IMG/VR virus record: IMGVR_UViG_2713896771_000019
Source: a virus
Taxonomy: Duplodnaviria > Heunggongvirae > Uroviricota > Caudoviricetes
Reading direction: 5' to 3' (one strand)
Length of the DNA stretch: 4,952 bases
Below, one piece after another: positions 4,861 through 4,952 of this stretch (position 1 is the first letter of the stretch; each line of letters opens with the position of its first letter). The translations under genes and the position numbers were made by a program. Under the pieces are notes generated by a model. That model saw only the letters and a list, made by a program, of their open reading frames with translations, had not been told where the DNA came from and did no database searches.

Positions 4861-4952
4861 AAATTGCAATAGACTTAAAAATCAAAAACATAATGAACAA
4901 CGTGGCACATTATGAAACAGCAAAAAACACTAATTTATAAAAATCCGCTATT

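Larger units (their letters stand above)
1..4952 (-). mobile_element. Segment of a P4-like satellite prophage / PICI-like integrative element (integrase-proximal end)
   Basis: Gene content and order: P4-type tyrosine integrase, then AlpA/Vis-like regulator, then a divergent regulatory switch, then an operon of small ORFs ending in a RepA-like ATPase. Family assignment is by recognition of motifs, not by search. Boundaries of the element lie outside the window. Confidence 0.6.

Noticed and set aside
3693-4940. Plus-strand ORFs 3693..4064, 3863..4054 and 4626..4940
   Set aside because: They are antisense to the integrase, whose frame carries clear tyrosine-recombinase motifs.
4790-4952. tRNA or att core in the int upstream region
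   Set aside because: No cloverleaf-compatible sequence is present; the region is AT-rich with only short repeats.

Overview
This window looks like one end of a P4-type satellite prophage or PICI-like integrative island from an enterobacterial genome, with almost all genes on the minus strand. Reading right to left: a P4-family tyrosine integrase (3539-4789), an AlpA/Vis-family regulator (2974-3162), a ~400 bp non-coding stretch with two plus-strand intrinsic terminators and a possible orphan promoter, and a divergent switch region with three palindromic operator-like sites between a 59-aa plus-strand ORF (2398-2577) and a minus-strand operon. That operon holds four tightly coupled small ORFs and a RepA-like (AAA_25) ATPase that runs off the left edge. 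No tRNA, rRNA or CRISPR array is visible. The most unusual sequence-level features are arrays of 10-bp-phased short repeats that bracket the integrase gene in inverted orientation, the triple-palindrome operator region, and a promoter-to-terminator unit that could encode a ~70-nt small RNA. All family assignments are from motif recognition by eye; no database search was run.
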